The notes beneath the pieces were generated by a model. The model ran no database searches, was not told where the DNA came from, and saw only the letters and a program-made list of their open reading frames with translations. Source: Nitrospiraceae bacterium (GTDB taxonomy: Bacteria > Nitrospirota > Nitrospiria > Nitrospirales > Nitrospiraceae). Taken from it: 64,000 nt of DNA. This document shows positions 33,636 through 43,699 of the stretch, one piece after another. Location: contig JBFWWG010000007.1 of NCBI GenBank assembly GCA_050246315.1, positions 154,885 to 218,884 of the forward strand, given 5' to 3'. The translations under genes and the position numbers were made by a program. Numbering within the stretch: the stretch's first letter is position 1; each line of letters opens with the position of its first letter.

Positions 33636-34847
33636 ATGGCTGACGTCAAATCCCTGATCGGGACACAAAATAAAAAGGGCCAAACCTACATGGACCCGTG
33701 GAAGATGATGTACGAGGCGCCTCGTACCCCATCGTTTTACACGGGCAGCGAGGTGATCAAGGAGGCCATTCGTCGCGCCAGTTGCGACGTGATGATCGCC
33801 TATCCCATCACGCCGCAGTCGGAAGCGGCCGCCCTGATCGGGGAATTGTTCGCTGAGGGCTATATCGGCGATTACTTCCGCGGCGAGAGCGAATTTGCCG
33901 TCATGTCGCAATGTGCCGGCGCCGCCTTCGGCGGAGCCCGGGTCTTCACGACCACGGCCGGCCCCGGTACCATGCGCGCGATGGAAAACTTCCCCATGTG
34001 GGCCGGAGCGCGGCTGCCGATCCAGATGATCGTCACCTGTCGAGGCATTAACTCCCCCTTGTCGATCCAGCCCGACACGCTTGAGATTTCTTATCTGCTC
34101 AACACCGGCATGCTCGTCTGGCATGCCGAGACCGCGCAGGACTTCTTCGATTGGATCTTAAAAGGATACATGGTCTCCGAAGAGCCGGACGTGCATCTGC
34201 CACTGGCACTCTGCTGCGACGGCTTCTTCGTCACACATACAAAGGACGTGGTGCAACTGACTCCGGCCGATATGTGTTTGCCTCCCTATGATCCCTATCG
34301 CTCACCGGTCCCCTGCATGGACATGGAGTGTCCACCGGTTCGGATGATGCGCGATCCCTTCATAATGAAAAGTAATTACATCAGCTACGCCACCCATGCC
34401 AGTTGGCAGCAAGAAGTTTGGGCGGCCGTGGAGCGGTCGCGCAAGCACACGAGCCACTGGATCGACGGCCTCATCGACGCCGAGAACACCGATGCCGACG
34501 TGATGATCGTGGCCTCCGGCACGGCGGTCTCTCAGGGACGCGAAGCGATCCGCTTACTGGAGGACGAAGGTGTCCGTTGCGGCCTCATCAAGGTCAAGTC
34601 CTTACGCCCCTGGCCCGGCGAGGAAATCCGCAAAGCCACCCAGCACGCGAAGCATATTTTCGTGCCCGAGTTTAACGTGACCGGTTGGCTGGCAAAAGAG
34701 ATTCGGGCAACGATTCCGAACAGCGACCGCGTCCATGCCGGTCCGCACGTCTGCGGCGGAATGACCATGCCACCGGAGATCATCGTGTCGGAAATCAAGA
34801 CCGCGCTCGGGATGAAGACTTTCTCCCTCGCCGGACGCGGCAGTTGA
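33636..34847 (+). CDS. 2-oxoacid:ferredoxin oxidoreductase alpha subunit
   Basis: AYPITPQSE, ESE, TTTAGPG, DGF..TH. Confidence 0.92.
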   Translation: MADVKSLIGTQNKKGQTYMDPWKMMYEAPRTPSFYTGSEVIKEAIRRASCDVMIAYPITPQSEAAALIGELFAEGYIGDYFRGESEFAVMSQCAGAAFGGARVFTTTAGPGTMRAMENFPMWAGARLPIQMIVTCRGINSPLSIQPDTLEISYLLNTGMLVWHAETAQDFFDWILKGYMVSEEPDVHLPLALCCDGFFVTHTKDVVQLTPADMCLPPYDPYRSPVPCMDMECPPVRMMRDPFIMKSNYISYATHASWQQEVWAAVERSRKHTSHWIDGLIDAENTDADVMIVASGTAVSQGREAIRLLEDEGVRCGLIKVKSLRPWPGEEIRKATQHAKHIFVPEFNVTGWLAKEIRATIPNSDRVHAGPHVCGGMTMPPEIIVSEIKTALGMKTFSLAGRGS

Positions 34848-34929
34848 GACGCAGAACGGTCGGAGGTTCACAAGAATTAGCCAACAGAGGTCGCCATATC
34901 GATAGACTGACGCCGTAGAGGAGGCCCCA

Positions 34930-35835
34930 ATGAGCAAAGAGCGGATTAAGATCGCACCCGAACTCTTCGATATCATGCCCCCGGAGTATAAGGATCTCGT
35001 CCAGCGATCCACCTATGGAAAAGACGACCGCGGGTGGAAGGACATCGGCAATTCAAAGGAGCTGATCGAGCAACATTCCTTGTGCGCCGGCTGTCCGGAA
35101 TCCATGGCCTTCCGATATATTCTCGCCTCTTTGCCGGCTCCTGAGGATACGGTCATGGTCGGGTCCACCGGTTGTACGAGCCTCGTGTTCCCCATGGTGG
35201 CCGTCCACAACATCCATTCGTTGTTCGGCAACCAAAACGCGGTCGCTTCCGGCTTGAAGCGAGCGCTCACGGTCCGCTTTCCGGGCAAGATCAAGGATGT
35301 GGTGGTGCTGGCCGGCGACGGCGCCACAGTCGATATCGGACTGGACATGACGCTGCAGGCATGGTTCCGCCAAGAAAAGTTCACTACGATCTGCTTTGAC
35401 AACGAGTTATACGCCAACACCGGCGGCCAGGAGAGCGGGCTGATGCAGAAGGGGTTTGTTGCCAAGATGGCGCCGGTGGGCAAGCTGTTCGACAAAGTCC
35501 GGCTGCCGGAAATCGCCCGCGAATCGGGCTGCCATTACGTGGTGAATTGCACCGTGAGCAAACCTTCCGTCGTCGAGAAAGTCGTCCGCAACGCGGTCAT
35601 GATCGCCAGAGAAATCGGACCGACCTATCTGCAACTCTATACGCCCTGCATTCTGGAGATCGGCAAGAACAGCATGGAAGGGCTCCAGGAAATGCGGGAT
35701 TCGGAGAAGCCGACCGAGCGCTTTGCCTACAAGGAATACATCAGCGAACCGGCCAAGCAGCTTCTGGCCGAAATGGCCGCCAAGGACAAGGAAAAGAAAG
35801 CCGCCGCGAAGCAATTGGCCGGGCAACAGGCCTAA
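34930..35835 (+). CDS. 2-oxoacid:ferredoxin oxidoreductase beta (TPP-binding) subunit
   Basis: LCAGC, TGC, GDGATVDIG, DNELYANTGGQ, TPC. Confidence 0.92.
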   Translation: MSKERIKIAPELFDIMPPEYKDLVQRSTYGKDDRGWKDIGNSKELIEQHSLCAGCPESMAFRYILASLPAPEDTVMVGSTGCTSLVFPMVAVHNIHSLFGNQNAVASGLKRALTVRFPGKIKDVVVLAGDGATVDIGLDMTLQAWFRQEKFTTICFDNELYANTGGQESGLMQKGFVAKMAPVGKLFDKVRLPEIARESGCHYVVNCTVSKPSVVEKVVRNAVMIAREIGPTYLQLYTPCILEIGKNSMEGLQEMRDSEKPTERFAYKEYISEPAKQLLAEMAAKDKEKKAAAKQLAGQQA

Positions 35836-35857
35836 GCCGCCTACAAGAGGATCGACC

Positions 35858-36565
35858 ATGATTAAGAAAAGACTGAATATCCGAATGTCTGGTTTGGGCG
35901 GGCAAGGCGCCGTCACGGCCGCGCACGTCATGGCGATGGCGGCCAACCGGGACGGAAAATTTTCGATCTCCAATCCGTTCTTCGGCGCGGAGAAGCGAAT
36001 GGCGCCGGCGGAAAGTTATTGCCGCATCGGCATCGAGCGGATTTTCGACCGTGGCGAGTTGGTCTTCCCCGATGTCATCGAGGTGTTTCATCCTCAGGTC
36101 ATTACGATGGGGAAGAGCTATACCATGCCCTTCTATTCAGGTATCAAGGAAGGTGGCGTGGTGATCATCAATTCCGATATCCCTCTGTTGTCCGAGGAGG
36201 ACATGGACCGGCTCAAGGATTTGAATGTTGCCACTCTGTATATCCCCGGCACTCAAATCGCGTTGGAAATCGCCGGCACGGAGCTCTCCACAAACATGAC
36301 CATGATCGGCTCGGTGGCCGGGATCACTCAGTGCGTGACGATGGAAGCGCTCGACGGGGCGCTCCAGGAACGGTTCGGCAAGAAATTCGTCGCCTCGGGT
36401 GGAACGGCCTCCTTGGACGAAGCCATCAAGAAGAAATTCGCAAAGAAAGAAATGCTGCTCCAGAAGAATCTGGCCACCGTTCGGCGGGCCTATGAACTCG
36501 GAGCGGAGTGGGCCGAGAAAAACAAGGTGGAACTGCGGGTCGGAAATCCGGCGGTCGCGGCGTAA
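35858..36565 (+). CDS. 2-oxoacid:ferredoxin oxidoreductase gamma subunit
   Basis: GLGGQGAVT, FGAEKRMAP, NMTMIG. Confidence 0.92.
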   Translation: MIKKRLNIRMSGLGGQGAVTAAHVMAMAANRDGKFSISNPFFGAEKRMAPAESYCRIGIERIFDRGELVFPDVIEVFHPQVITMGKSYTMPFYSGIKEGGVVIINSDIPLLSEEDMDRLKDLNVATLYIPGTQIALEIAGTELSTNMTMIGSVAGITQCVTMEALDGALQERFGKKFVASGGTASLDEAIKKKFAKKEMLLQKNLATVRRAYELGAEWAEKNKVELRVGNPAVAA

Positions 36566-36587
36566 TCGAGAGAAGGATACAGAACGC

Positions 36588-36866
36588 ATGTATAACGTGG
36601 CACAAGTAATCGACGAAAAATGCACGGCCAAGAAGGGGTGCCGGCTGTGCATCATGTATTGCCCGGAGGCCAACTGTTTGGATCTCAACGTCGGTAAAAT
36701 GGTCGCAGAGGTCACCATCGAGCGGTGCAAAGGCTGCGAGCTGTGTGTGGTGGTCTGTAACGCAGCCAAGCACGAGGCAATCGAGATGGTGGCGGTGAGC
36801 GCCGACGGCACGCTGTTGTCCAAGAAGGGGGAATCCGCCGCCTTGGGTCAAGCCTACCAAGGGTGA
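36588..36866 (+). CDS. Ferredoxin-like epsilon subunit (4Fe-4S)
   Basis: C....GCRLCIMYCP and CKGCELCVVVC motifs. Confidence 0.9.
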   Translation: MYNVAQVIDEKCTAKKGCRLCIMYCPEANCLDLNVGKMVAEVTIERCKGCELCVVVCNAAKHEAIEMVAVSADGTLLSKKGESAALGQAYQG

Positions 36867-36889
36867 GCCGTTCGTCGCGGTAGCTCGAG

Positions 36890-36925
36890 AAACCCCATGG
36901 CGTTCGTGCCGTGGGGTTTTTTTAT
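36890..36925 (+). terminator. Intrinsic terminator after the oxidoreductase operon
   Basis: AAACCCCATGGC-gttcgt-GCCGTGGGGTTT stem-loop running into a T tract. Confidence 0.85.
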
Positions 36926-36954
36926 TCGATCCGATCATGCAGGAGTACAAGACG

Positions 36955-37224
36955 ATGGACCGGGAAGATAATACCGTCACCGCGTTACTCATGGACATCG
37001 CCGGGTTGCTCAGGGAGTTTCCCCAGGCGCTGGAGCAGCGGGCAGCCGAGATCCAGGTCACCGGCAAGGATCCGGAGCTGGCCAGCAAATTGATCAAGGG
37101 CGCGGATGCCATGCGGGACAGCGGGAATATTTACCTGTCCTGGGCCAAGCACTATGCCGATCTCTCCGAGGGAAACTCCGACGCCTCGACGGACGAGGAC
37201 GAGTCGGAGGATTTCGACGTGTAG
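36955..37224 (+). CDS. Small hypothetical helical protein with acidic tail
   Basis: AGGAG RBS, coding-like codon usage, DEDESEDFDV end. Confidence 0.7.
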   Translation: MDREDNTVTALLMDIAGLLREFPQALEQRAAEIQVTGKDPELASKLIKGADAMRDSGNIYLSWAKHYADLSEGNSDASTDEDESEDFDV

Positions 37225-37320
37225 CCTGACCGAGCGAGGCGGTATTCCCTTCCCGTGATTTTGTGCTACAATCGCCCCCTGCCCGAACCATCGAGGTCAG
37301 TTTCAACACGAAGATCATGT

Positions 37321-37396
37321 TCCCCGGTAGCTCAGTTGGTAGAGCGATCGGCTGTTAACCGATTGGTCGCAGGTTCGAGTCCTGCCCGGGGAGCCA
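37321..37396 (+). tRNA. tRNA-Asn (GTT)
   Basis: TCCCCGGTAGCTCAGTTGGTAGAGC...CT-GTT-AA...GGTTCGAGTCC...CCGGGGAGCCA. Confidence 0.97.
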
Positions 37397-37401
37397 TCTA
37401 C

Positions 37402-37780
37402 CAGGCTGTTGGAAAGTCTCTCGAGTACGCGTGAAAGCCGGTACACCGAGGGATCACAGACGATCTCAGAACCCCGTGCAGGATGGTCATTAAGGCCGTC
37501 CTTCTTACCCGCGCACCCCGGCGTACTTGTCTCACCGGCCTCCCTCCCATTGCTCCGCAGTCGATCGTCCGAGACGCGCCTCGCCGCGGGCCGCCCGCAG
37601 CGATCGAGAAGGCAGAAGTACATATCGCGCTTCGTGCGAACCGTTCGCCCTCCAGATGGGTCTTGACGAACGGAGAAACCTCTTCAGTGTTGAGCCTCTT
37701 CGCATCAGACTCATGCCCTCATGAACATACCGCAATGGGTGTCTCAATAAAGCTGGTGGACTTTTTCAACTACCTGCTAG
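37402..37780. repeat. Long copy of the dispersed MITE-like element directly after tRNA-Asn
   Basis: CAGGCTGTTGGAAAGTC ... GACTTTTTCAACTACCTG-CTAG ends; internal 46-bp block shared with ~50378-50423. Confidence 0.65.
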
Positions 37781-37834
37781 ATCCTGGGCTCTCGGGGCGC
37801 CCAAGCACCTGCCATCGGTGTTTCGAGACGTACC

Positions 37835-40354
37835 TTAATGCTTCCACAAGATATGCGATTCTTCGATTGGGACAAGGCCTTCCACATGATAGGGAACGAG
37901 GCGCGGTGTGAAGTGATACGAAGGGCGGGTGGCTGGACAGTCGGCGGCATAGAAGTATCCGTTGATTGATCCGGGAATTGCCTCCCGCATCGACATGACG
38001 ATTCTCGTTGGAAGATCGCGGTCCGTTAACGGATCGGCGTAGAGTTCCACTCGGATGGAGTCTGGATCCAAATCCCCCAAAAACACTTGGGCCATGAAGT
38101 GCCATTGTTGGCCCGCCTGCGTAGACCGAACCTCGCCGAACCGGACCGTATGCCAGTGCCGGACGAGGCCGTCGTGCCAGGCTTCCAATTCGGCCGCGAG
38201 CTTCGCGGCGTTGGCACTGCGACGCGTCACCGCCTCGGCCGCCGGAAGGTACACCATCTCCACATATTCCCGCAGCATTCGGTTGCTGCTGAATTTCGGT
38301 GTCAGAGAGGACATGGCCGTTCGGATGCGCTTCAGCCAGGCTCGGGGAAATCCTGCCGTATCGCGCTCGTAGAACTCCGGTGCGACCTGCTGCTCCAGAA
38401 TTTCATACAACTGCGTCGCCTCGGCGACATCCCAAGCAGGCTCTCCATGTTCCCGACCGTCACCGAGCGCCCAGCCCACGGCCGGCCTGTAGGCTTCTTC
38501 CCACCATCCGTCCAATTCCGAGAGATTCAACCCGCCGTTCACCAGCACCTTCATCCCGCTGGTCCCGCAGGCCTCCCACGGGCGGCGCGGCATGTTTAGC
38601 CAGACATCGATCCCGGCAATGAGAACCTGAGCCAGCGCCATGTCATAGTCTTCCAGGAACACCACACGATCCCAGACGTCGGGGCGCGCGGCATAGTGCG
38701 TCAGCTCGTGAACCAGCCGTTTGCCCTCGTTGTCCTCGGGATGAGCCTTCCCCGCGACAATCAGTTGGATCGGCCGCTTCTGGTCGCGGAGCAGCCGCGC
38801 CAGACGTTCCGCATCACGGAGAAGCAAGGTGGGCCGCTTGTACTCGACAAACCGCCTGGCGAATCCCAGCGTCAGGATATTGGGGTCGAGCACATGTTCC
38901 GCACGCTCGATTAACGAGGGTGCCGCTCCTCGCACGCGCATCTGACGCATCAGTCGTCGCCGCGCATAGTGAATGAGGGCTTGCCGCTGGGAGACGCGAA
39001 GGTTCCACAACTCCTGTTCGTCAATCCCTTCGATGGCCGAGCAGATCGTCTCAAGCTTTCCTAGCCAGCGTTCTTTCCCGCAGCGTTTCGTCCAGAGCGC
39101 ATCGGCTTCCGGTGAGTCCCATGAGGGAACATGAACGCCATTCGTCACATATCCGACCGGAACGTCTTTCTGCGGCCAATCCGGATAGAGAGGTTGAAAA
39201 ATGTGACGGCTGACCTCGCCATGCAATTGGCTGACGCCATTGACCATCCCGCTTCCTCTCATCGCCAGGTAGGCCACGTTGAACGGTTCGTCGGCATCGT
39301 CCGGATTCCTTCGCCCCAGAGCCAAGAGATCGTGAAAGGATGTGCACCCTCCGCCCGCGAGCAGGGACGCATACGGCTTCAGCAATTCCGGACTGAACCG
39401 ATCAAACGCCGCCTCGACAGGCGTGTGGGTCGTAAACACGTTCCCCGCCCTGGTCGCTCTGAGCGCCACCGGAAACGGCTGGCCCTCCCGCCGCATGAAG
39501 CTCGCCGCTCTGGCGAGTACGGCAAACGCGGCATGACCTTCGTTGAGATGACAGATCTCGACGTTGAGATCCAGAGCCTCAAGAGCGCGCCATCCGCCGA
39601 TGCCCAGGATGATTTCCTGAATCAATCGGGCTCGCGCATCGGCGGGATAGAGATGAGCCGTCGCTCCACGATCGGGCGGACTGTTCAGCGGGTCATTGCT
39701 ATCCAGCAGATAGAGAGAGACTTTTCCGACACGAGCCTGCCAAACCCTGATCAGGAGTGATCGCCCAGGCAATTCCAACGGGATGCGGAGCCATCCTCCA
39801 TCACGGTTCAGGGCCGGGACGATGGGCAGGCTCATCGGATCGTTGTAGGGGTACGCCTCGACCTGACTCCCTTCGCTATCGAAGATTTGACGAAAATAGC
39901 CCTGCTGGTAGAGTAGCCCCACTCCCACCAGGGGGACATTCAGATCGCTGGCGGTCTTTAAATAGTCGCCCGCGAGAATGCCGAGGCCGCCGGAGTAGAT
40001 CGGCAAGGCCTCACCGAGGCCGAACTCCATACTGAAGTAGGCGATCCGCTTCAGGCCTCTGGCTCCGTACTCGCGTCCATACCATCCCGGATCGTCCAGA
40101 TAGTTCCGACGCTGTCTCAGCCAGCCCTGCAATTGCTCGCAGAAACCCACATCCTGCGCTGCCTCATCGAGTCGCGCGCGCGCCACACTTTGAAGGATGT
40201 AATATGGATTGCCGGTACGCTCCCAGGCCTCGGAGTCCAGGACTTCCCAGAGCCGATCGGTGGCATGGCTCCATGTCCAACGGAGGTCCAGGGCAAGATC
40301 GTCCAATCCCTGGAGTGCTTCCGGAAGCGATCGATTAAAGAGATACCCTTCCAC
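37835..40354 (-). CDS. glgP: Alpha-glucan (glycogen/maltodextrin) phosphorylase
   Basis: YFSMEFGL, YSGGLG, HLNEGH, FARRF..YKR, EACGTSGMK PLP-lysine motif. Confidence 0.93.
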   Translation of the reverse strand: MEGYLFNRSLPEALQGLDDLALDLRWTWSHATDRLWEVLDSEAWERTGNPYYILQSVARARLDEAAQDVGFCEQLQGWLRQRRNYLDDPGWYGREYGARGLKRIAYFSMEFGLGEALPIYSGGLGILAGDYLKTASDLNVPLVGVGLLYQQGYFRQIFDSEGSQVEAYPYNDPMSLPIVPALNRDGGWLRIPLELPGRSLLIRVWQARVGKVSLYLLDSNDPLNSPPDRGATAHLYPADARARLIQEIILGIGGWRALEALDLNVEICHLNEGHAAFAVLARAASFMRREGQPFPVALRATRAGNVFTTHTPVEAAFDRFSPELLKPYASLLAGGGCTSFHDLLALGRRNPDDADEPFNVAYLAMRGSGMVNGVSQLHGEVSRHIFQPLYPDWPQKDVPVGYVTNGVHVPSWDSPEADALWTKRCGKERWLGKLETICSAIEGIDEQELWNLRVSQRQALIHYARRRLMRQMRVRGAAPSLIERAEHVLDPNILTLGFARRFVEYKRPTLLLRDAERLARLLRDQKRPIQLIVAGKAHPEDNEGKRLVHELTHYAARPDVWDRVVFLEDYDMALAQVLIAGIDVWLNMPRRPWEACGTSGMKVLVNGGLNLSELDGWWEEAYRPAVGWALGDGREHGEPAWDVAEATQLYEILEQQVAPEFYERDTAGFPRAWLKRIRTAMSSLTPKFSSNRMLREYVEMVYLPAAEAVTRRSANAAKLAAELEAWHDGLVRHWHTVRFGEVRSTQAGQQWHFMAQVFLGDLDPDSIRVELYADPLTDRDLPTRIVMSMREAIPGSINGYFYAADCPATRPSYHFTPRLVPYHVEGLVPIEESHILWKH

Positions 40355-40543
40355 TGATCACCCTGACAGCACGGTCGTGTAGGTAATCGCCGACTGTGAA
40401 CCGACGCGGGCAAGCCTTGGGGTCCACTCGTTCCCCACCGATGGCTCTGGCACAAGCTCGTGCTGGATGCCGTCCGGCTCACCCTCTCACATGCCGCGCG
40501 GGGTCCGCAAGTCTGACCGAAGACGGGTGGGAGCACGGCAATC

Positions 40544-41740
40544 TTAAAAGGTGACGCGCGGGGATCGACGCCTCCCATCAAGACTCTGTGGGGTGATTCC
40601 GGCGACCTTCGAACCGGGAACGGTTCCTTCGCTGACCAATCCAGTCGGACGGTTGCGTAGCACCGCCGACGTGAATCGTCTCTCGCCGTTTCGGACATAC
40701 TGGATCTGCACCCGCTGACCGACATGGACGCTCCGCATGAGATCCACAAATGCCTGCATGGTGGACATTGGCTTGTCCTGGATCGACACAATGATATCTC
40801 CTCCGAGGACCCACCCGCTTCCCTCGACGGTGACCATCAACGATCCTGACCGGAGTCCGGACGATTCAGCGGTGCTCCCTTTGTCGATATCCTCGACCAG
40901 GAGTCCTGCCGTGAGCGGCAGGGCAAACAGCCCGATGATGTCTTCGGTGAGAAACCGTCCCGTGACGCCGAGCCACGGCCGTTCGATCATCCCCTTCTCC
41001 CGAAATTCCTTCAGGACATCCATGACCACGTTGATCGGAATCGCAAACCCGATGTTTTGGGCGCCTGGAACCGATGCCGTGATCATCCCGATGACGTGAC
41101 CGTTTGAGTCAACCAAGGGACCGCCGCTGTTGCCCGGATTGATCGGAGCCGTGGTCTGGATCAACCGGCTCGACTCGACGCCTCCCATCCCGCTCGGTAG
41201 CCCCAAGCCGCTGATCATCCCGTTCGTCAAGGTCAGCCCCAGACCCAACGGACTCCCCACCACCAAGACGTCCTGTCCCACACGGAGCCGATCTGAGTTC
41301 CCATATCTCACCGGAACCCATTTCACGCCGTGCGACACGGCGCCTCCTGAAAGCCGAAGAATGGCGATGTCATAAACCGGATCGAGCGCCAGAACATCCG
41401 CTGTCATGCGCTGACCGTCGAAGAGCACAGCGATAATGCTCTCTGCCCCCTCGACCACATGCGCATTCGTCAATACCGTTCCGTCCTTGTCCACGATAAA
41501 TCCCGTTCCCATCCCGATGAGCGACGGCATCATCAGGGGATGGGGCGGCACATGAACGACCGACAGTGACACCGTCCCGGGGGCCACCCGCTCGTAGAGG
41601 CGAATCCTATGCTCGTCTTGCAGCGCTTCCTGCTCGATCGAGGCATCGACACTCTGCGCCTGAAAGAGACACCACGCGACAATCAGAGCAGGACCACACA
41701 GAACCACGAACACAGGCGTCAGTGGACGTCCCACTTTCAT
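40544..41740 (-). CDS. HtrA/DegP-like S1C serine protease with one PDZ domain
   Basis: TNAHV, DIA, INPGNSGGPL triad, PWLGV PDZ; N-terminal signal/TM. Confidence 0.9.
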   Translation of the reverse strand: MKVGRPLTPVFVVLCGPALIVAWCLFQAQSVDASIEQEALQDEHRIRLYERVAPGTVSLSVVHVPPHPLMMPSLIGMGTGFIVDKDGTVLTNAHVVEGAESIIAVLFDGQRMTADVLALDPVYDIAILRLSGGAVSHGVKWVPVRYGNSDRLRVGQDVLVVGSPLGLGLTLTNGMISGLGLPSGMGGVESSRLIQTTAPINPGNSGGPLVDSNGHVIGMITASVPGAQNIGFAIPINVVMDVLKEFREKGMIERPWLGVTGRFLTEDIIGLFALPLTAGLLVEDIDKGSTAESSGLRSGSLMVTVEGSGWVLGGDIIVSIQDKPMSTMQAFVDLMRSVHVGQRVQIQYVRNGERRFTSAVLRNRPTGLVSEGTVPGSKVAGITPQSLDGRRRSPRVTF

Positions 41741-41999
41741 GACCAGCCTCCGGCGATGAGGGTCGGCCGGGTCTTACCGATGTCCCTGAAAGGCCACAGC
41801 CAAGTCGCGGTAGAAGATCAACACCATTCGCCAGCTTCCTTCTCCGGCCACTCGGAAACTCCACGTGCCGGAGAGAATGCGCTTCGTCTCCTCGCTGACT
41901 GCGACCGCGGAGAATTATTGACCAGCAACGGCAGCTTCTCCTCCGATCCTGTTGCTCCAAGAGCACCCATGGGAGCCGGTATTGAATGATGGATGCGAA

Positions 42000-42401
42000 T
42001 CAGGCCGACTTGGCATAGACTTGCCCCACAACGGCCTGAACCGTATCCAGAAGGTAGCTTGCGTCATAAGGCTTCTGAATGTACGCGCAGCCCACCCCTT
42101 GTCCGATCGGTCCCAGCATGCTTGGCGATTCTCCCGTCACCAGGACGACGGGCGTCTCCGGCCACACCTGCCGACTCAACCGCATGAGTTCCAATCCATT
42201 AATACGGCCCGGCATCCGATAGTCCGTGATGATGACATCGTAATGTTGCTGCACCAGTTCATGCAGCGCCTCCACTCCGTTGCTCGCTTCACGGACCTCA
42301 TAGCCAGCCCGGATCAGGAGCTGGGCTAGCAGATCCCTGGCACAGACGTCATCTTCGACCACCAACACCTGCCTCCCGCATCGTTCCATAGGAACCTCCA
42401 C
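42000..42401 (-). CDS. Single-domain response regulator
   Basis: VLVVEDD, ITDYRMP, VTG, QKP. Confidence 0.85.
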   Translation of the reverse strand: MEVPMERCGRQVLVVEDDVCARDLLAQLLIRAGYEVREASNGVEALHELVQQHYDVIITDYRMPGRINGLELMRLSRQVWPETPVVLVTGESPSMLGPIGQGVGCAYIQKPYDASYLLDTVQAVVGQVYAKSA

Positions 42402-42417
42402 CTGTTGCAGCCTGCGT

Positions 42418-42810
42418 TCACCTCTGCACGTTTTCCTGGATGGTCCTGCTCCTGCCTACATGGCCTCGCCGAGAAGGTCGGCTTCGTACTTGCGGCGGGC
42501 GTTGCCCTCGATTGTGCCGCGACAACAGCAAGATGACCGTCTCATGGCGCGGGGTTCGTTGCCGAGGTTGTGCCCGCTGGGGAAGCGCCCGATTGGCGCA
42601 GATCACCGGATCATCGATGCAGCCGCAGTTCACGCATCGTGAGCCGGTCGGCGCCTCGCCATGACGGCCACCACCATCGACCCGTTCAATGACGAGGAAC
42701 CCTCCGCACCGCCCGCATGCGGGCCTCTCATCCCGATGAACGGCCCTCCTACCCGTCGGCCGATCAGGCTCGGTGCACGACCGGGCTGCCATGCGCAGCC
42801 CATACTTCAT
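42418..42810 (-). CDS. Small CxxC...CxxC zinc-ribbon-like protein
   Basis: CGRCGGFLV...RCVNCGCIDDPVI..NR; paralog at 61341; start uncertain. Confidence 0.6.
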   Translation of the reverse strand: MKYGLRMAARSCTEPDRPTGRRAVHRDERPACGRCGGFLVIERVDGGGRHGEAPTGSRCVNCGCIDDPVICANRALPQRAQPRQRTPRHETVILLLSRHNRGQRPPQVRSRPSRRGHVGRSRTIQENVQR

Positions 42811-43063
42811 GCTCGCACCAGACTCTCTCATCTCTCACCATGAAGTCGTTAGATTGGCCAGACATGGACAAACACGGGTATCATGACTCTGTGGCCTCCA
42901 TGTCACCACACACGCACAGCCGGCGCTATCGGGAATAGCGCCATTTATTGCGTCAGATGGATGGAACCGCCGATGTCGTGGTTTGTTCGACAAGTGTCGG
43001 CTGGCCACCGGACGGATTTGCTTTGGAACGGCAACCGCCGGAAGAACGGGACGGTGGTGACGC

Positions 43064-43699
43064 TCACTCGGCCAGGCAATGCACGATGGCATACCGCGTA
43101 AGGTCGGCGGTGGTCTTGAGCTTCAATTTCTCCAAAATACGAGATCGGTAGGTACTGATGGTTTTCACGCTTAAGCAGAGTTCTTCGGCGATATCGGTGA
43201 CGGTCTTGCCGCGGGCAATCAAGTTGAGCACTTGGAACTCGCGGTCGGAGAGCTTATGGTGAGGAGGGCGATCCTCATCACCGTCCTGGATCTGTGCCGC
43301 AAGCAATTCCGCAATCGAGGGGCGGATATACCGTCCTCCACCGAGAATCCTTCTGACCGCCTGGACCAGTTCATCGGGGACGCTTTCCTTGGTCAGATAG
43401 CCGGCCGCTCCGGCCCGCAGGACCCGCAGAGCGAATTGATCCTCCGGATGCATGCTGAGCACCAGCACGGGCGTGGTCGGACACAATTCCTTCAATTCAT
43501 GCAGGGCATCCAGACCGCTTCTCCCGGGCATCGTTAAGTCAAGTACCACCATATCCCAGGTGTGTCGCGAAGCTAATTGAAGCAGTTCAGGGGCGCTACT
43601 GGCCTCTTCGATGACTGCCCGAGGAACCTCGTCGGCCAGAATCTGCATCACCCCGCGGCGGACTAGAGGATGGTCATCGGCGATCAGGATCCGAATCAT
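43064..43699 (-). CDS. NarL/LuxR-family response regulator
   Basis: ILIADDH, LDLTMPG, LSDREFQVL...LSVKTISTYR; ATGA overlap with the kinase. Confidence 0.93.
   Translation of the reverse strand: MIRILIADDHPLVRRGVMQILADEVPRAVIEEASSAPELLQLASRHTWDMVVLDLTMPGRSGLDALHELKELCPTTPVLVLSMHPEDQFALRVLRAGAAGYLTKESVPDELVQAVRRILGGGRYIRPSIAELLAAQIQDGDEDRPPHHKLSDREFQVLNLIARGKTVTDIAEELCLSVKTISTYRSRILEKLKLKTTADLTRYAIVHCLAE

Noticed and set aside
40448..40464. TGGCAC...TGCT sigma54-like site near glgP
   Set aside because: GG-GC spacing is 11 rather than 10, and it faces away from glgP
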